DNA from: Hypanus sabinus
Taxonomy: Eukaryota
Assembly (NCBI RefSeq): GCF_030144855.1
Contig: NC_082721.1
Location: 56,792,001 to 56,856,000, forward strand
Reading direction: 5' to 3'
DNA: 64,000 bases
Below the pieces are notes generated by a model that made no database searches, was not told where the DNA came from, and was given only the letters and a program-made list of their open reading frames with translations. Each line of letters starts with the position of its first letter. The stretch's first letter is position 1. Made by a program: the position numbers and the translations under genes. Positions 39,901-53,900 of the stretch are shown in pieces.

Positions 39901-40900
39901 ATATCAATTATCTGGATGATAATGTGTTAACTGGATCAACAACTTTGCAGATGACAAAGATTTTTTTATTGGGAATGTAGTGAGTAAGGCTATCATTGCT
40001 TACAGAGAGATGTGCATCAGCTGAAAAAAAAAATGGCAGACAGAATTTAATGCAGACAAGTGTGAAGTGTTGCACTTTTGTAGCACCAACCAAGGTAGGT
40101 CTTGCAAGGTGAACTGAGGGGTATGATAGAACCTGAGAATACAGGTACTTTATTCATTGAAAGTGGAATGACAAGTAGATAGGGTCATAAAGAAAGCTTT
40201 TGGCACTCAATGTATTGAGTACAGAAGATGGGATGTTATGTTCAAGTTGTATAAAATGTTGGTGAGGCCTAATTTGGTGTATTGTGTGCAGTTGAGGTCG
40301 CACAATACAGGAAAAATGTAAACAAGATTGAATAAGTTAGGATTGTGTTTAGCATGTCAAAGATTGAGAAGATTTGATAGAGGTACTGTATACAAAATTG
40401 AGGGGTATAGTTAGGGCAAATGCAAGTGGCCACTGGAGGTCATGGGTTAGGGATATGAATATGGATGGCTATGTCAATGGGAGTAAGGCAGCTTAAATTG
40501 ATTTACCATTGACTAGATGGGCCACAGGACCTGTTTCTGTGCTGTACTTTGACTGAGAGGTCAGCCAGGCTAGAACTTTATTTTCTGGAGTAAAGGAGAA
40601 TGAGAGGTGACCTCAATTTATAAAATCATGAAGGGTATGGATATAGTGGAGAGTCAGTCTTTTCTCCAGGGTTGGTAAGTTCAAAACTAGACCAAAAGAC
40701 AAGATTTTTAAAAGGTAATTTTTCCTGGTGCTCTACATTTAAATGTAATAAGCTGCAAGAACAGTGGTTGAGTGGGATACAATTGAAACATTTAGGATGA
40801 ATTTGGGTGTGGACATAGAAGGGAAGGACTTGGAGGGTGCTGTGGTTGGTGTAGACTAGATGGGTAGAAGTGCTTATTGTTTTGGAGCTTTTACTGTTTA
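36920..40900. mobile_element. Nested CR1 cluster (minus fragment 36920-37395; plus host CR1 split by a 2.7-kb CR1 at about 37860-40550)
   Basis: FVAKFAGDTKI; endonuclease start FNVRSIVGKADELRAW; DLNFPHIDW; host CR1 resumes at about 40555. Confidence 0.8.
38255..38515 (+). mobile_element. tRNA-derived SINE with CORE-like segment
   Basis: A box agtggttaagg, B box gttcgagcc, then gtgtccttgagcaaagcacttaa; interrupts CR1. Confidence 0.75.
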
Positions 40901-41119
40901 CATTACTATTTAATTGGAGAGTGTCTTTTTCTTGCTGACACGGCTTTGTTCCACTTTAGTTCTCACACCCTCCCATTCCTTTACACTCTCGTTTTGCTGC
41001 TCCTCTATAAGCCAGTGGTTTGGGGACAGACCTTTCTGTCCTTGCCACAGGTCTAACAAACATCTCCAAGGAGCAGTAACAGGCATCCAGACTACCTCAC
41101 CAATAAAACCATGGATACA

Positions 41120-44100
41120 AATCAGCCTGTAGGTTTCTTTATTTTTTAAAAATAGACATGTTTTACATCATTTATGTAGCCAGCAGCAACTGGCTATACA
41201 CAAACCAAAGGACAGGCCTAGACTACACCCTTGTGAAACACGTCTTACTCTGTTTGGGTTTTAAAGTGACTATGTTTGAGGTCTGAAGACTTTAAAATGG
41301 TGGTGGGGATCCTGGTGGTGCAGCAGATATGGAAGAACCACCACTCAGCAGGATAACCTCTAAAGTGTGCAGCCTATGAGAGTTGTGCAGATGAAAGATC
41401 TTCAGCATGGCTGAAGGAACTGATAATACATGGGAAGTTAAGTGTAAATTAAACTGCCAATATAATGCACTGACAAGTTGCAGGAGTAAAAGGAAAGATT
41501 CCAGTACAGCACTATTTCAATTATCTATATTTCTTGACTTGTACTTCCAACTGGATGTTCAAGTTTATCTCTACATATCCACAATTACACCTCTGACTAG
41601 AGGATACCAGCTTACATCGGCTAAGATTATCATCCAAAATTTTCAAAAAGTGCAGTTGATACTGGTTTTCTTTATAGATTGGGTTGGCTATTCTTCCCCT
41701 GTCAGATAGTGATGACCTTCTGAACACTAGGCTGTCCATCAACATAGACTCTAATCTCATTGCGATTCCACAACCTGTTGGCGGGGAACCCTAGCCACAC
41801 TGAAATAGGTCTCCTAACCCTGTCACAATTAATTTCATATATACATTATATATATAATGAAGTTGATCCTTGATCATTTTCATTATAAACTTCCCCATCC
41901 AATAAAGTAATGCTAAAATTCCTTGCCATTTGTGTTCCTGCCTAGGCCATTTGCTTTCAACGTGCAGTCCCAGCACTGCCATTTCCCAAACAGTAGTCCA
42001 TCTGATAGTGGAAGCTGTTAATGCCAAGTCTACATGTAACAGTCCAAGATCTGTGATGTTATAGACCAAGTCCCCATGATCAGTAAGGGACACTGGCAGA
42101 AAACATAGTTCAGAGCCCTATTCAAAGTCACACTTTCCCCCATTCAAAAACCCCGTTTCCAACATAATTGAACATTTGTCATTTCTAAGAGCATGGAACA
42201 AGTTTACGTGGACATACTTTCTACACACATTATTGCAGTTTCTGCATATGCATTCCTTTCTATCAGAGAATGTGCAAGTTTACATTAAATCCACACCCAA
42301 ATAGAGTATCATATTAACTCACCAAAGCTTCATGTTCCATCAATGGAATTAACTCAAATCCATTTCAGGAACAGCACCAGGGCATCACAGATGCAAAAAG
42401 CAAGTCACCAACACTTGCTCTATACAGCAGGGTGGAATCCCACAGACATTTCAGCCAAAGGGTTCTGAGGCAGCATAAGGGCTAACAGGCACTTCTGAAG
42501 TTCCACCTGATGTTGTCAGGTAAAAGCACCAGCTGGTATGGGAACAGAGACCAGGCATCACCAGCTTGAGCAAGAGGGTATTTGAGGGGAGTCTGCTACA
42601 GGAAGGTGGAAGTGAACTGGGAATAGATGTTAGACTGACGCCCTACACCTGTGGTCGAACAAGAGACCCACTGTAAAACTCTGGGGTGAAACAACTGCAG
42701 TCACCAAGTGGAACCAAACCCTGTCTAAATCATTTCTAAGAGGAAAACCAAGAGATCCCTGGTAAAACCAAAATTCGTTACTACTCCGACTTGTCAACAA
42801 CAAAATCAAAAATAAAAGCTCAACAACTGAGTGTCCTGGGTGCAATGACACCATCTTATGTTAGATTATTTTAACTTTTTGCATTAACACCTTACCTAGA
42901 AACAGGAGAATTTTATACAAATGCACATTTAACAGTAAATCTGACCACATTCAGGTATCACTTGTCGCTTGCTCAGAGAGACACGAGCTTCAGGCCCTAG
43001 GATAGTCACTATCAACTGATCTGAAACACACAGAACCTTCCAGAATTCTCCGTCAGTCTCCAGGAATTAAAACTGAACTTCTTGGCAACTTTCACACCCC
43101 AGGTGAAAAAAAACATGAGCATGTGAAAAACAAAGCCATTCTTTGAACACTTTCTGTACAGTGTTGGAAGAATTGGTGATGTTGGCCAAGGGTTAACCAG
43201 CAATGCACCCAAATTATTGGCCACGTGACAGCAGGGCTCAGAGAGAATAGGCAGGAGTCCGGGCCTGGAATGTATCCATACAGAGTTGGCATCTACCCAC
43301 AAGGAAAAGCAGTAATAAACAGAATTGATCAACACTTAAGGATTCATAACCAAACCATGCCCAGTGAATCCTTGCTTTAAGGTACATGGCTACTTATGAC
43401 TGCCAGATAGCAGGCTTCCCTCACGGGCCAGCTTAACACCCTTTGGGAGAGAAAACATCCATGCAAAGGGCAGCACACTCACAGCTGCCACTGACAGAAT
43501 GGTGTAGCAGTCTAGATATATAGAAATAGTTTAAAACCTTTATGTGATTTACTGAAACCATTTCCCTTACATGAGGGAGAACAGGAGAGGGGACATTTAC
43601 CATCTCAGTGGAAGAAGCTGGTTATTTGATGAATTAGTCTTCCTGCACTTGTCACCTTCAGTACTAATATTCACATTTACTGTTAGTTAATGAGTACCAA
43701 GATTTTTTTAAAAATCCTACATTAGCTTGAGATCCCTGGAGTGTACAAGCGCTATAAATTGGGCAAATCTCAGAGCTTGCAGATAACTGTGGTGTTCCAT
43801 GTGTCTACAGGCCAATGGGAGGTTTCTCCCAGGTCTCCAGTGTTAGAATCCAACCCAGAGTCATCCAAGCATACCAATGCAACTCAGAACCCTTTTCCCC
43901 ACTGTGGTCGGAAGCACCCAGAGCCTGTTGGTCAAGATTAGGGGCAGATGCAACTGAAAAACACATTCCTACTCAGCACAGTCCGCAACGTGGTACAAGG
44001 CAAAGCACAGCTTACATATTCGAATCTTTCCATCATGTTTCAAACAACTTGTCCCATTCTTGCAGTTAAGAGTTCTCAGCATTCAGGCAAGAAAGCCTAA

Positions 44101-45918
44101 GCTGGATCCTAACCCCTGAGGAACATGGGTAGGCTGCAGTAGTGGGCTCTGAAGCCTTGGGCAAGAGGGCTACTATTAATTCACTTAACTGGTGGATAGG
44201 TGAGCGGCAGCTGGACACGGGAATGCCACGTGGCACCCAAACCCAGAAACAAGGCCACCCATACAACACTACTATGCTTAAATCACAGAACTCCCAACCC
44301 AAAAGCAGCAACTTCTCCCACTCCAGCACTGTGGACAAGGCGAATGCATGCTTGACAACACAGGTGTACAGACAGTTTGAGCTGCGCCTGTGTTTCCACC
44401 AAAATAACCCCAGGAAATTAGTCATCCCCTACATGCTCTTCCATTTTACCTGGTCAAAGGTCAGGGACTTCCATGGGTCAGTGAAGTAACACCTGGAAGG
44501 AGGTCAATCCCTTGCTGGACAGAACACGGAATGGACGAACCATTAGAAGATCTGGTGTGATGTGTGTCCACAGTCTGGGTAGCAGAGCAGAATGAACACT
44601 GTACTTCTCAGTGTTAGCAATGCTTGCCTGGCAGAACATGCTGGTTGGTTTACTAATGAATTGGGAGGATTCTGCAGTCAGCATTTGGTGAAACATTTTG
44701 GTGCTTTAAGGTGCTAGTAATCCATGGTTCCAAAGCACAAGTTGTGTGGAGATCACTACAGCCTGGTCAACAACAAGCCTGGTGCTCAAAATCTCCTCTC
44801 CTCAGCTCGAGAGGGAGGGGTAGGTAGAGAGTGTGTGTTTGTGTGCACGTGCGTGTGTTAGTTACACTGCATCAATACCTTTCGCCAAGGCGTACCTCTC
44901 AACATTGGGAGAGATCCACATATTTGAGTGCCGTAGTCAGAGGATTGGCTGTGTGGCCAGGCCAGGTTGGTGAGAATGTTTAGTGAGGAGACATTCTCTC
45001 ACGGACTGTGCTGAATGGGCTCACACTAATTCCAAGCTCTCCTCCAGGCGTATACAGAAACATCATCTGTGTACTGCAGTTCAAGGCTGGAGTAGAGACA
45101 ATGGAGATTCATGTGTTTCCCATTTGTCTGGAGGCTAGCTCCATCTCAACAGCTGAAGTGTAGCCACACAGAGAAATGGCAATAACGCACCTTCCCGGTG
45201 CAGAAGTCCCAAGACAGCACGTCATCATAGACAGCACACCCTAGCCACATGTGACCACATCCCGAGTCTGAAAAAGATATAATCCCACCGACATCAAGGT
45301 TCAGTGCCTCTCCATTCAAATGATTCTTCAACTCCACACCTTGAGTGGAATCATCCAACTCCTCAGACAGGGTTATTCAGGTGCCTCCTGTCTAAACTCA
45401 GCCCAAAGCCAATCACAACTGGGAGCAGCCTCCAAGGGAAGGACATCGTGGCAACTGCCCCCCACCCCATGCCTGTGTGACAACAGGAGGAAAATTTCCT
45501 CTAAAAGACACATAGTACAAAGTTGCTGCTTTGTCCCAGAGCAAGCAAGGGCAATCAACATGAAGGCCATCAAAACAGAATGTGCAAAGGAAAGCTAAAA
45601 AACCAAACACCTTTGAGCTGTTCAAGCATAGCCTTCGCTATGGTTTTAATCACCTCCCTTTTTGCTGGTCAGTATTAAGTAGAACATCTGGCCAAAAGGC
45701 GGCATTGTCAACTAGGCAGATGCACTGTCTGGTATAAACAAAAGCTATGGTTGATTTTTGGCATGGGATGGGGGGGATGGGTAAGAGACAAGAGGAGAAT
45801 TCTTTGCTCCAAATGAGTTCAATGTTTCCCCCATTTCACTCCCTCCCCCCAGCCCTTTTTTTCTCCTTTTCTTTTGGTGGCACAACATTCAAACTGCAGT
45901 GAGGTTCAGCAAGTCAGG
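41120..45918 (-). other. Probable long 3' UTR of RNF11-like gene
   Basis: About 4.8 kb with no recognisable transposon, ending at a minus-strand AATAAA (41143-41138) with a T-rich downstream tract. Confidence 0.6.
41138..41143 (-). terminator. Polyadenylation signal AATAAA for RNF11-like
   Basis: TTTATT on the plus strand, close to where repeat-free sequence gives way to the CR1 cluster. Confidence 0.55.
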
Positions 45919-46090
45919 TCAGTTGGTCTTGTAGGAAGAGAGCAAGGCAGCATCCACAGGCTCCATACATGACGGGCAAGTGAAGGACCTCATGAGCCAC
46001 TCATCGATGCATTCCATGTGGTAGATGTGCATACACGGCAGGAACCGGATCGGGTCACCATACTCAAAGTCCATCATACAGATCACACAC
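45919..46090 (-). CDS. RNF11: RNF11-like coding exon 3 (RING-H2 domain)
   Basis: Acceptor cctcccag|G; C-x2-C...C-x-H-x2-H-x2-C...C-x2-C pattern; TGA at 45921-45919. Confidence 0.97.
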
Positions 46091-48014
46091 CTGGGAGGAC
46101 AAACAGCATACCAAAATTATTTAACTAGCAGTTTGGCATGGACTAGATAGGTCAAAGGGCCTACTTCCATGTTGTAATACTCTGTGACTTCAGCATATAA
46201 ATGGGACAACAGAGAACAGATGGCTGGTGTACATAAATGCTTGCTGTTCAACAGGGAACAAACCAAATTATGTGCTTTAAAAGCAGAGGCACAGGGTAGA
46301 AAGTTGGAAAACAGCGATTAGACCTCTGCTGGTGGTATGGACCGTGTAGCTCTGAGCACTGTGAGGAGGAGAATGACTGAAGATCTACTACACCTCCCCC
46401 ATTGAGGAGAGTTCAGTTATCCTCATTCTGCAGAAAAGAAAAACTCTGAGGGCAAGCCAAGAATTAAGTGTGGAGACCCTGTGACCACCAGCAGGATGGT
46501 CAGCATCTCTGGGATACAAGGTTAAAGTTGTTAGTGAAACAGGGATTTAGAGACATTTGTACTTTGAGAATTAACCCAGTGTGACCTGGAACAACAACAG
46601 CAGCGGGGATAGACCCCTGACTCCCTTCTCTTGTACCTCTCCTGTGTTTCCAAATTAATTATATCTTCTTCGGTGAGGACATAGTATATTAATTTCCCCC
46701 AATTCCTTCCTGCTCAACATAATTTTCCAACTCCTGTCTGTAGGGGACCCACAGGAACTCTGGCTAAGCCCTTCCTTGGTAAACTTTAAGAAACCTTTAA
46801 CAACTGGCTGCAAAGTCTCTCATTACATCAATGTTCTACCTTTCCTTTACCAATGCTGAAAGATTATATCATGGGAAGACGATTAAAAAGCAGACATCAA
46901 GTGGATAGCCAGACAGGATAGAAATGGCTAACATGAGGGGGCATAATTTTAAGGTGATTGGAGGAAAGTATGGGTGCATGCCGGACATAAGTTTTTTTAA
47001 AACAGAGTGGTAGGTGTATGGAACACCTTGCCGGGGTGGTGGTAGAGGCAGATACATTAGACATTTAAGAGATACTCAGATATGGACTTGGATGACAGAA
47101 ACATGGAGGGAAGGGTTTGATTGATCTTAGAGTAGGTTAAAAGGTCAGCACAACACAGTGGGCCAAAGTACTTGGACTCTGCTGTTTTATGCTCTAACCC
47201 AAAGTTCGGAGTCTGAGCTCATAGATCTAGATCAGGATAGGTACACAGAAGCCCCAACCAGATCGGGTAATGCTGTGTCATACTGGTCAGTGCTGCAGCC
47301 AGCTCAGTTGGTTGGTTGCTTTCCCAAACTTGGGAGGTATTTCTGTGGGTATCAGTTTTCTGTGTGCATGAGTACCACAAACAGGCAATAACAAGTGCTC
47401 ACTGCAGAGACTGCGAGTGACACTGCAAGGCATGAATGTTCAGTGACTCAGGTCAGTTGTTGGACACAGTGTACTGCAAAAGCCTTGGGGTCAAGTCAGG
47501 TCACATCAGGGAATAGGTTAAAGCTGTTGAGATTCAGTGTGGCCGAGGCTGGACCAGGTTTAATTTTATATCTGACCACAATCTGGAACATGGAGAAGCC
47601 AATTCATAATTATCATTCCAAAGACAAACAGTACAGAAACAGGTCATTCAGCCCATCTGATATACCTTAGAAAAAATACCCATGTTCACCGATATCATTT
47701 TATCCTCCCCACATTCTCATCAACTGCCTCCAGATTCTAACTCTCACCCATGTACTAGGGGCCAGTTAACCCACCAACCCACATATAGTTTGGATGAGGG
47801 AGGAAACTAAAATATCCAGGATAAACCCATAAGGGAGAAAGAGGAAACTCCACACTGAAGCAGCAGACATGGGAGTTGAAAGCACATAAAAGTTCAAGTA
47901 AATTTATTATCAATGTTTATGTTTACCATATACCCCAAGATTAATATTTTTATTGCAGGCATTTACAGGAAAAATTACCTGCCACACTAGTTGATAGGGG
48001 TGATAAGAAAGCAT

Positions 48015-48480
48015 ATAATAGACAATAGACAATAGGTGCAGGAGTAAGCCATTTGGCCCTTCTAGCCAGCACCACCATTCACTGTGATCATGGCTGATCA
48101 TACACAATCAGTACCCCATTCCTGCCCTCTCCCGATATCTCTTGAACCCGCTATCTATAAGAGCTCTAACTCTCTCTTGAAAGCATCCAGAGACTTGGCC
48201 TCCACTCATATGGTCTGTTAGTTGAGGAAATGAGTTCAAGAGCCACAGTGAAGTATTGCAACTCTATAAATTCTGGTCAGACTTGGAATATTGTGTTCAG
48301 TTCTGGTCACCTCATTACAGAAGGATGTGGGATCTTTAGAAAGGGTACAGAGAAGATTTACCAGGATTAGAGAGCATTTCTTGTGAAGATGGGTTGAGCA
48401 ACCTAGGGCTTTTCTCTTTGGAGCAGTGGAGGATGAGAGGTAACTTGACAGAGGTGTACAAGATGATAAAGAGACACAAG
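48015..48480. mobile_element. Two CR1 fragments (minus 3' end 48015-48205; plus 48205-48480)
   Basis: caatagacaataggtgcaggag tail; LEYCVQFWSPHYRKD motif. Confidence 0.75.
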
Positions 48481-49119
48481 CAATCCTGACATGGAAACAA
48501 ACCGTTTCTTCTTCATTGTCAATGGACATTCCTCCTGACCTAATGGCCCAATGCTATGCTGAGGCAGTATAAAGACAACAGTGATTCACCAGCTTCTCAA
48601 AGGCAGCAAGAAATGCCTGCAGCCCAGAAACAAATTAAATTCAGGTAGCGGAGTGGTTAACACATTACAGTGCCAGCAACTAAGGTTCAATTCCCACCAT
48701 CATCTGTAAAGAACTTGTACATTCTCCTCCTGACTGCATGTTTTAATATCATCCATCTACTTTGGTTTCTTCCATGGGTTAGTAGGTTACTTAGCCTCAA
48801 GGACCTGTTATTGTTCTGTATCTCTAAATAAATATAAATATGGTAGGTCATTGGGGGGTGAAAAGTGGAGAGGTTTGGTGACAGGTCATTAAGTATTAAA
48901 TAAAAGTAACACCCTGCCAGTGAACCAATCATAACCCAGTAGTACCGTGATCGATGGTAGTTTGTTTAGTTAAAATTCCCAGAAACCACAGAACAATATA
49001 AACCCTGGGATCATGGTCTGAGTAATTTAACCACCAATCTGTCATTACCTGGACAGTCACTCTTTGTCCTCCCCTAGAATGCTCTGGGACAACAGTTTTT
49101 TAACCACCAGGATACTCAC

Positions 49120-49289
49120 TCCTTGATCTTCTTGCTCTGGGCTTCCCTGCCTCTGTCAAAGCTGCCCTTGGGAAGGTGCTGGATTAGGCCAAGCCTCTGT
49201 GCTATTCGGATTTGTTCATCCTCTGTCAGCTGTGTTGCCAGGCGAGTTTGGCTCGGTGTTGGGTGATAAACTGGAACTCGTGGTTGCTC
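49120..49289 (-). CDS. RNF11: RNF11-like coding exon 2
   Basis: Acceptor gtttcag|GAG, donor GA|GTGAGT; 170 nt; encodes EQPRVPVYHPTPSQTRLATQLTEDEQIRIAQRLGLIQHLPKGSFDRGREAQSKKIK. Confidence 0.96.
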
Positions 49290-49494
49290 CTGAAACACGT
49301 GGAAATAATTTCTCGGGTAACCTGGAGTTTCACCCAACAACACACAAAAAGCTGAAGGAGCTCAGTAGGTCAGATAGCATCTATGGAGGGGAATAGACAT
49401 CCGACATTTTGGATCGAGACCCTTCATCAGGACTCTCCATAGATGTAAATGTTTATTACCCTCCATAACTCCTGCCTCGTTCGCTGCTGATAGC

Positions 49495-50310
49495 TGGGAG
49501 TCAGTGTTGGGGTCGCTTCTTTTCACATTATGTATCAATGATCTAGATGATGGCATTGATGGCTTTGTTGCCAAGTTTGCAGATGATATGAAGATAGACA
49601 GGCAAGCAGTGTTGTGGAAGAGGGAGTCTGCAGAAGGACTTACGAGAGATATAGAGAATGGGCAAAAAAGGGAAATACAGTGTAGGGAAGTGTATAGTCA
49701 TGCACTTTGGTAGATGGAATACATGTGTATTTTCTAAAGGGGAAGAAAATTCAGAGATCAGAGCTGCAAAGGTTCTTGGGGGTCTTCATGCAGAATTCCC
49801 TAAAGGTTAACTTGCAAGTTGAGTCAGTGGTAAGGAAGGCAATTGCAATGCTAGCATTCATTTTGAGAGGAACAGAATACAAAATCAAAAATGTAATCCT
49901 GAAGCTTTATTAAGCATTGGTCAGACTGCAACTGGAGTACCGTGAGCAGTTTTTGGCTCTATTTCCAAGAAAGGATGTGCTAGCATTGGAGAGGGTCTAG
50001 GCAAGGCTCACAAAAATTATCCTGGGAATGAAAGGATTAATGAATTAGGATTATTTGACGGTTCTGGGCCTGTACTCACTGTAGTTTAGAATAAAGGAGG
50101 ATCTCATTGAAACCTATAAAATATTGAAAGGCCTATAGTAGGGAGTCTAGGATCAGCAGACAACCGCAGAATAGAGGGATGTCCCTTTAGAACAGCGATT
50201 AGAAGAAACTTCTTTAGCCAGAGGATGCTGACACTGTAGAATTCATTGCAACAGACGGCTGTAGAAGCCAAATTGTTAGTATATTTAGCAGAAGTTGATA
50301 GGCTCATGGA
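49495..50310 (+). mobile_element. Decayed CR1 RT fragment
   Basis: LFTLCINDLDDGIDGFVAKFADDMKI (ORF 49504-49713). Confidence 0.85.
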
Positions 50311-50779
50311 GCAAAATATCATTAAGGTATCACACCAAATAGCAAACTCAGAAGCCAACATCAATTAGCAGAGTTATCAAGACTTTAGCAACTAAACAAT
50401 GAATATCATTAAGCTAGAGTGTCAAATACAAGTATGGTAAGCAGCCTTTAATGTTATTGTGGTACAAACAGAAATATTAGGAACACTTAAGAAACTCTTA
50501 GATAGGTGCATGGATGGTAGAAAAGCAAAGCAATATGTGGGAGGGAAGGGTTCGACTGATCTTGATCAGCACAGCAACATGGGCCAGAGGGCTGTTCTGT
50601 TCATTGTCACATACTTCCACATCAGCATGGTATGTAACTTGCAGGAAACCAAGTGCCCTTGATTTCTGATAGGTGGCGTGAATGGATCTGAAAGATGCTA
50701 TAATGCGTTCAATGCATGGAATGGACCAGTACAGCAGAGGGACAAGCTCTTTGCCAATAACACCTATTTAAACTACTCT

Positions 50780-52260
50780 GTACCCCTCCCTTCCCTGCCA
50801 GTTCATGTCCCAGTCTAACTGTTTCTTAAATGGTGCATTTGTACCTGCTTCCACCATCACCCCTGGCAGCGCGTTCCAGCCACCCACCACTCCGTGTAAA
50901 AAACCCATCTCTGACATTCTGCTTTCACCATACACCTTATGCCTCTTCTTACTGGCAATTTCTGTCTTGAGGAAAAAGTCTCTCACTGCCCCCTCAATCT
51001 ATGCCTCTTAGCATCTTGTACTCTCTCATCCTCCTTTGTTCCAAACAAAAAAACCCTAGCTCAGTCAACCTATCCTCAAGCAACATGTTCTCTGATCCAG
51101 GAAGCATCCTAGTAAATCTCCTCTGAACTCTCTCAAAAGCTCCCACATATTTCTTAAAATAAAACAACCAGCACTGAACACAATACTTCAAGTGTGGTCT
51201 AGCCAGTGTGTTACAGAGCTGTTATATGCAAAGTTACTTCAGAACCCTTGAACTCAATCCCAAACTAATGAAGGCCAATACACCATACACCTCAGGTACT
51301 CCATCAACTTGCACGGCAACTTTGAGTGATCTATTGACATGAATTCCAAGAACCCTCTGTTCTTCCACTGTTAAGAATCTTGTCCATTAAACCTGTATTC
51401 TGCCTTCAAGTTTGACCTTCAAAAGTGAATCACTTCAAACTTTTCTGGGTTGAACTCCATCTGCCACTTCTCTATCCAGCTCTGCATCCTGTCAATGTCC
51501 TTTCACAATATCCAGAACACCACCAACCTCTTCCACATTCAAGCCCTATATTTATTTATTTAAAAAATCACTAACAACCAAGGGTTCCACAACAGATCCC
51601 TGTGGAACACCACTGGTCACAGTTCTCCAAGCACAATACACTCCATTGACCACTCTCTGCCTTCTGTGTGCAAGCCAATTCTGAATCCACACAGCAAAGT
51701 TTCCCTGGATCTCATGCTTCCTGTCTTTCTGAATGATCCTACTATAAAGATCCTTGTCAAATGCCTAAATATAATCCATATACACCATATCTATCACTCT
51801 ACCTTAATCAATTTGTTTTGTCACATCCTCAGAGTATTCAATCAGCCTTGTGAGGCACAACCTGCCCTCACAAAGCCATTTTGACTAATCAGACTCTGCT
51901 TCTCTAAGTGCTCATAAATCTTGGGTTATCCCTATTTACCACCCTCTGATCATCTGATACTATTCCTGTGGCCAGTGAGGACACAAAGATGATCACCAAA
52001 GGTGCACCAATTTCTTCCCTCACTTTCTGTAGTAACATCTGTTCCCAGGACTTATTTATCCTAGTGTTTTTCCTCTAGATCCAGCAAATCCCCCTTCTTA
52101 ACATTGACATGTTCCAGTGTATGAGCTTGTTCCAGTTGTCCTCACATTTGTTAAAGTCCCTATTACTGGTGAATACTGAATCAAAGTATTTATTAAGGAC
52201 CTTCCCTACCTCCTCCCACTCCAGGCATATTTTATCTTCTTTGCCTGATTGGTTTTACCC
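50780..52260 (-). mobile_element. Decayed CR1 ORF2 3' portion
   Basis: YCVQCW...ERVQRRFTRMLPG (ORF 50994-51191). Confidence 0.8.
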
Positions 52261-53039
52261 TCACTCTAGTCATCTTAGTATTCCTTTGCTGTGGACCCAT
52301 GCACTTCCTGCAGAAGATCACTGATGGAGCTCTCCCACCCCAGACAGACAAGACGTTCAGGAAGGTGGTTACCATTCACTCTCCTCAGGGCGGCAAAAGC
52401 TGGCCCAGGAACACCCACTCCCAAAAAAAAATACACAAAAATACTTGACCACACAAGATCCTGCAGTTGCTGGAAATCCAAAAAACACATACACACACGC
52501 ACACACAAAACAATGGCGGAACTCGTGTCAGGGAACATCTAAGGAAATGAATAAACAGTCCATGTTGTGGGCCAAGACTCTTCTTCAGGAAAAGGTGGGG
52601 GGGAGGGGAAACTAGAAGGTGAAAGATGAAACCAAGTGGTGAAGCCAAAGGTAAAGGGCAGGAGAGGAAGGAATCTGATAGGAGATGAGAGTAGAAAGAG
52701 AAAGGAAGTTAAAATTATATAGAAAGGGAAAGGAGGGAACCCAGGGGGAAGTGATTGGCAGGTGAGCCAAAGATGCTGTCTAGTTTACAGAAATTTTCCC
52801 AGTGGTAATCCAGATTGTCCAATTGCCCTCCCCTTAGATATTCTTTCTCCTTCAATTACTTTTTTAATTCCATGCTAACCCAACAAATCTAATAGCACCT
52901 TGTACCTTGATGCACACCTACTCTTCCAATGGATCATGTGCACACCTCTCACCAAAGTCCATTCACTTCCCCCAACCAGCCAACACCAGTTATATCTACA
53001 ACTTCTCATCCAACTGGTTCAACCAAACCCTGCCCCGGT

Positions 53040-53900
53040 ACATTTGGTCGGTCACTCATCGCCCATGGGCCAGTCGGCCCAGTCGCTCGGTCACTCCTCC
53101 CCCGTGGGCCATTTCGCCTAGTTGCTCAGTCACTCCTCCCCCATGGGCAGTTTGGCCCGGTCACTCGTCCCCCATGGGCCATTTCGCCCAGTTGCTCGGT
53201 CACTCGTCCCCCATGGGCCATTTCACCCAGTTGCTCGGTCACTCGTCCCCCATGGGCCATTTCGCCCAGTCACTCGGTCACTCATCCCCCGTGGGCCGTT
53301 TCGCCCAGTCGCTCGGTCACTCCTCCCCCATGGGCAGTTTGGCCCGGTCACTCGTCCCCCATGGGCCATTTCACCCAGTTGCTCGGTCACTCATCGCCCA
53401 TGGGCCAGTCGGCCCAGTCGCTCGGTCACTCCTCCCCCGTGGGCCATTTCGCCCAGTTGCTCGGTCACTCCTCCCCCATGGGCAGTTTGGCCCGGTCACT
53501 CGTCCCCCATGGGCCATTTCACCCAGTTGCTCGGTCACTCATCCCCCATGGGCCGTTTTGCCCAGTCACTCGGTCACTCATCCCCCATGGGCCGTTTCGC
53601 CCAGTCGCTCGGTCACTCATCCCCCATGGGCCGTTTCGCCCAGTCGCTCGGTCACTCATCCCCCGTGGGCCGTTTCTCTCAGTCGTTCGGTCACTCATCC
53701 CCCATGGGCCGTTTCGCCCAGTCGCTCAGTTACTCGTCCCCCGTGGCCCAGTCGCTCAGTCACTTGTCCCCCGTGAGCTGTTCGGCCCAGTCGCTCGGTC
53801 ACTCATCCCCCGTGGGCCATTTCACCCAGTCGCTTGGTCACTCATCCCCCGTGGCCCAGTCGCTCGGTCACTCGTCCCCCATGAGCCAGTTGGCCCATTT
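53040..53900. repeat. CpG-rich minisatellite, 39-bp unit with 31-bp variants (about 22 units)
   Basis: Consensus TCGGTCACTCATCCCCCATGGGCCGTTTCGCCCAGTCGC. Confidence 0.95.

Noticed and set aside
41400-45630. Many 70-120 aa ORFs in the repeat-free region
   Set aside because: No recognisable motifs or consistent exon chain; compatible with chance ORFs in a 3' UTR.
53040-53900. CRISPR-like periodicity
   Set aside because: No unique spacers, no cas genes, vertebrate context; it is a minisatellite.
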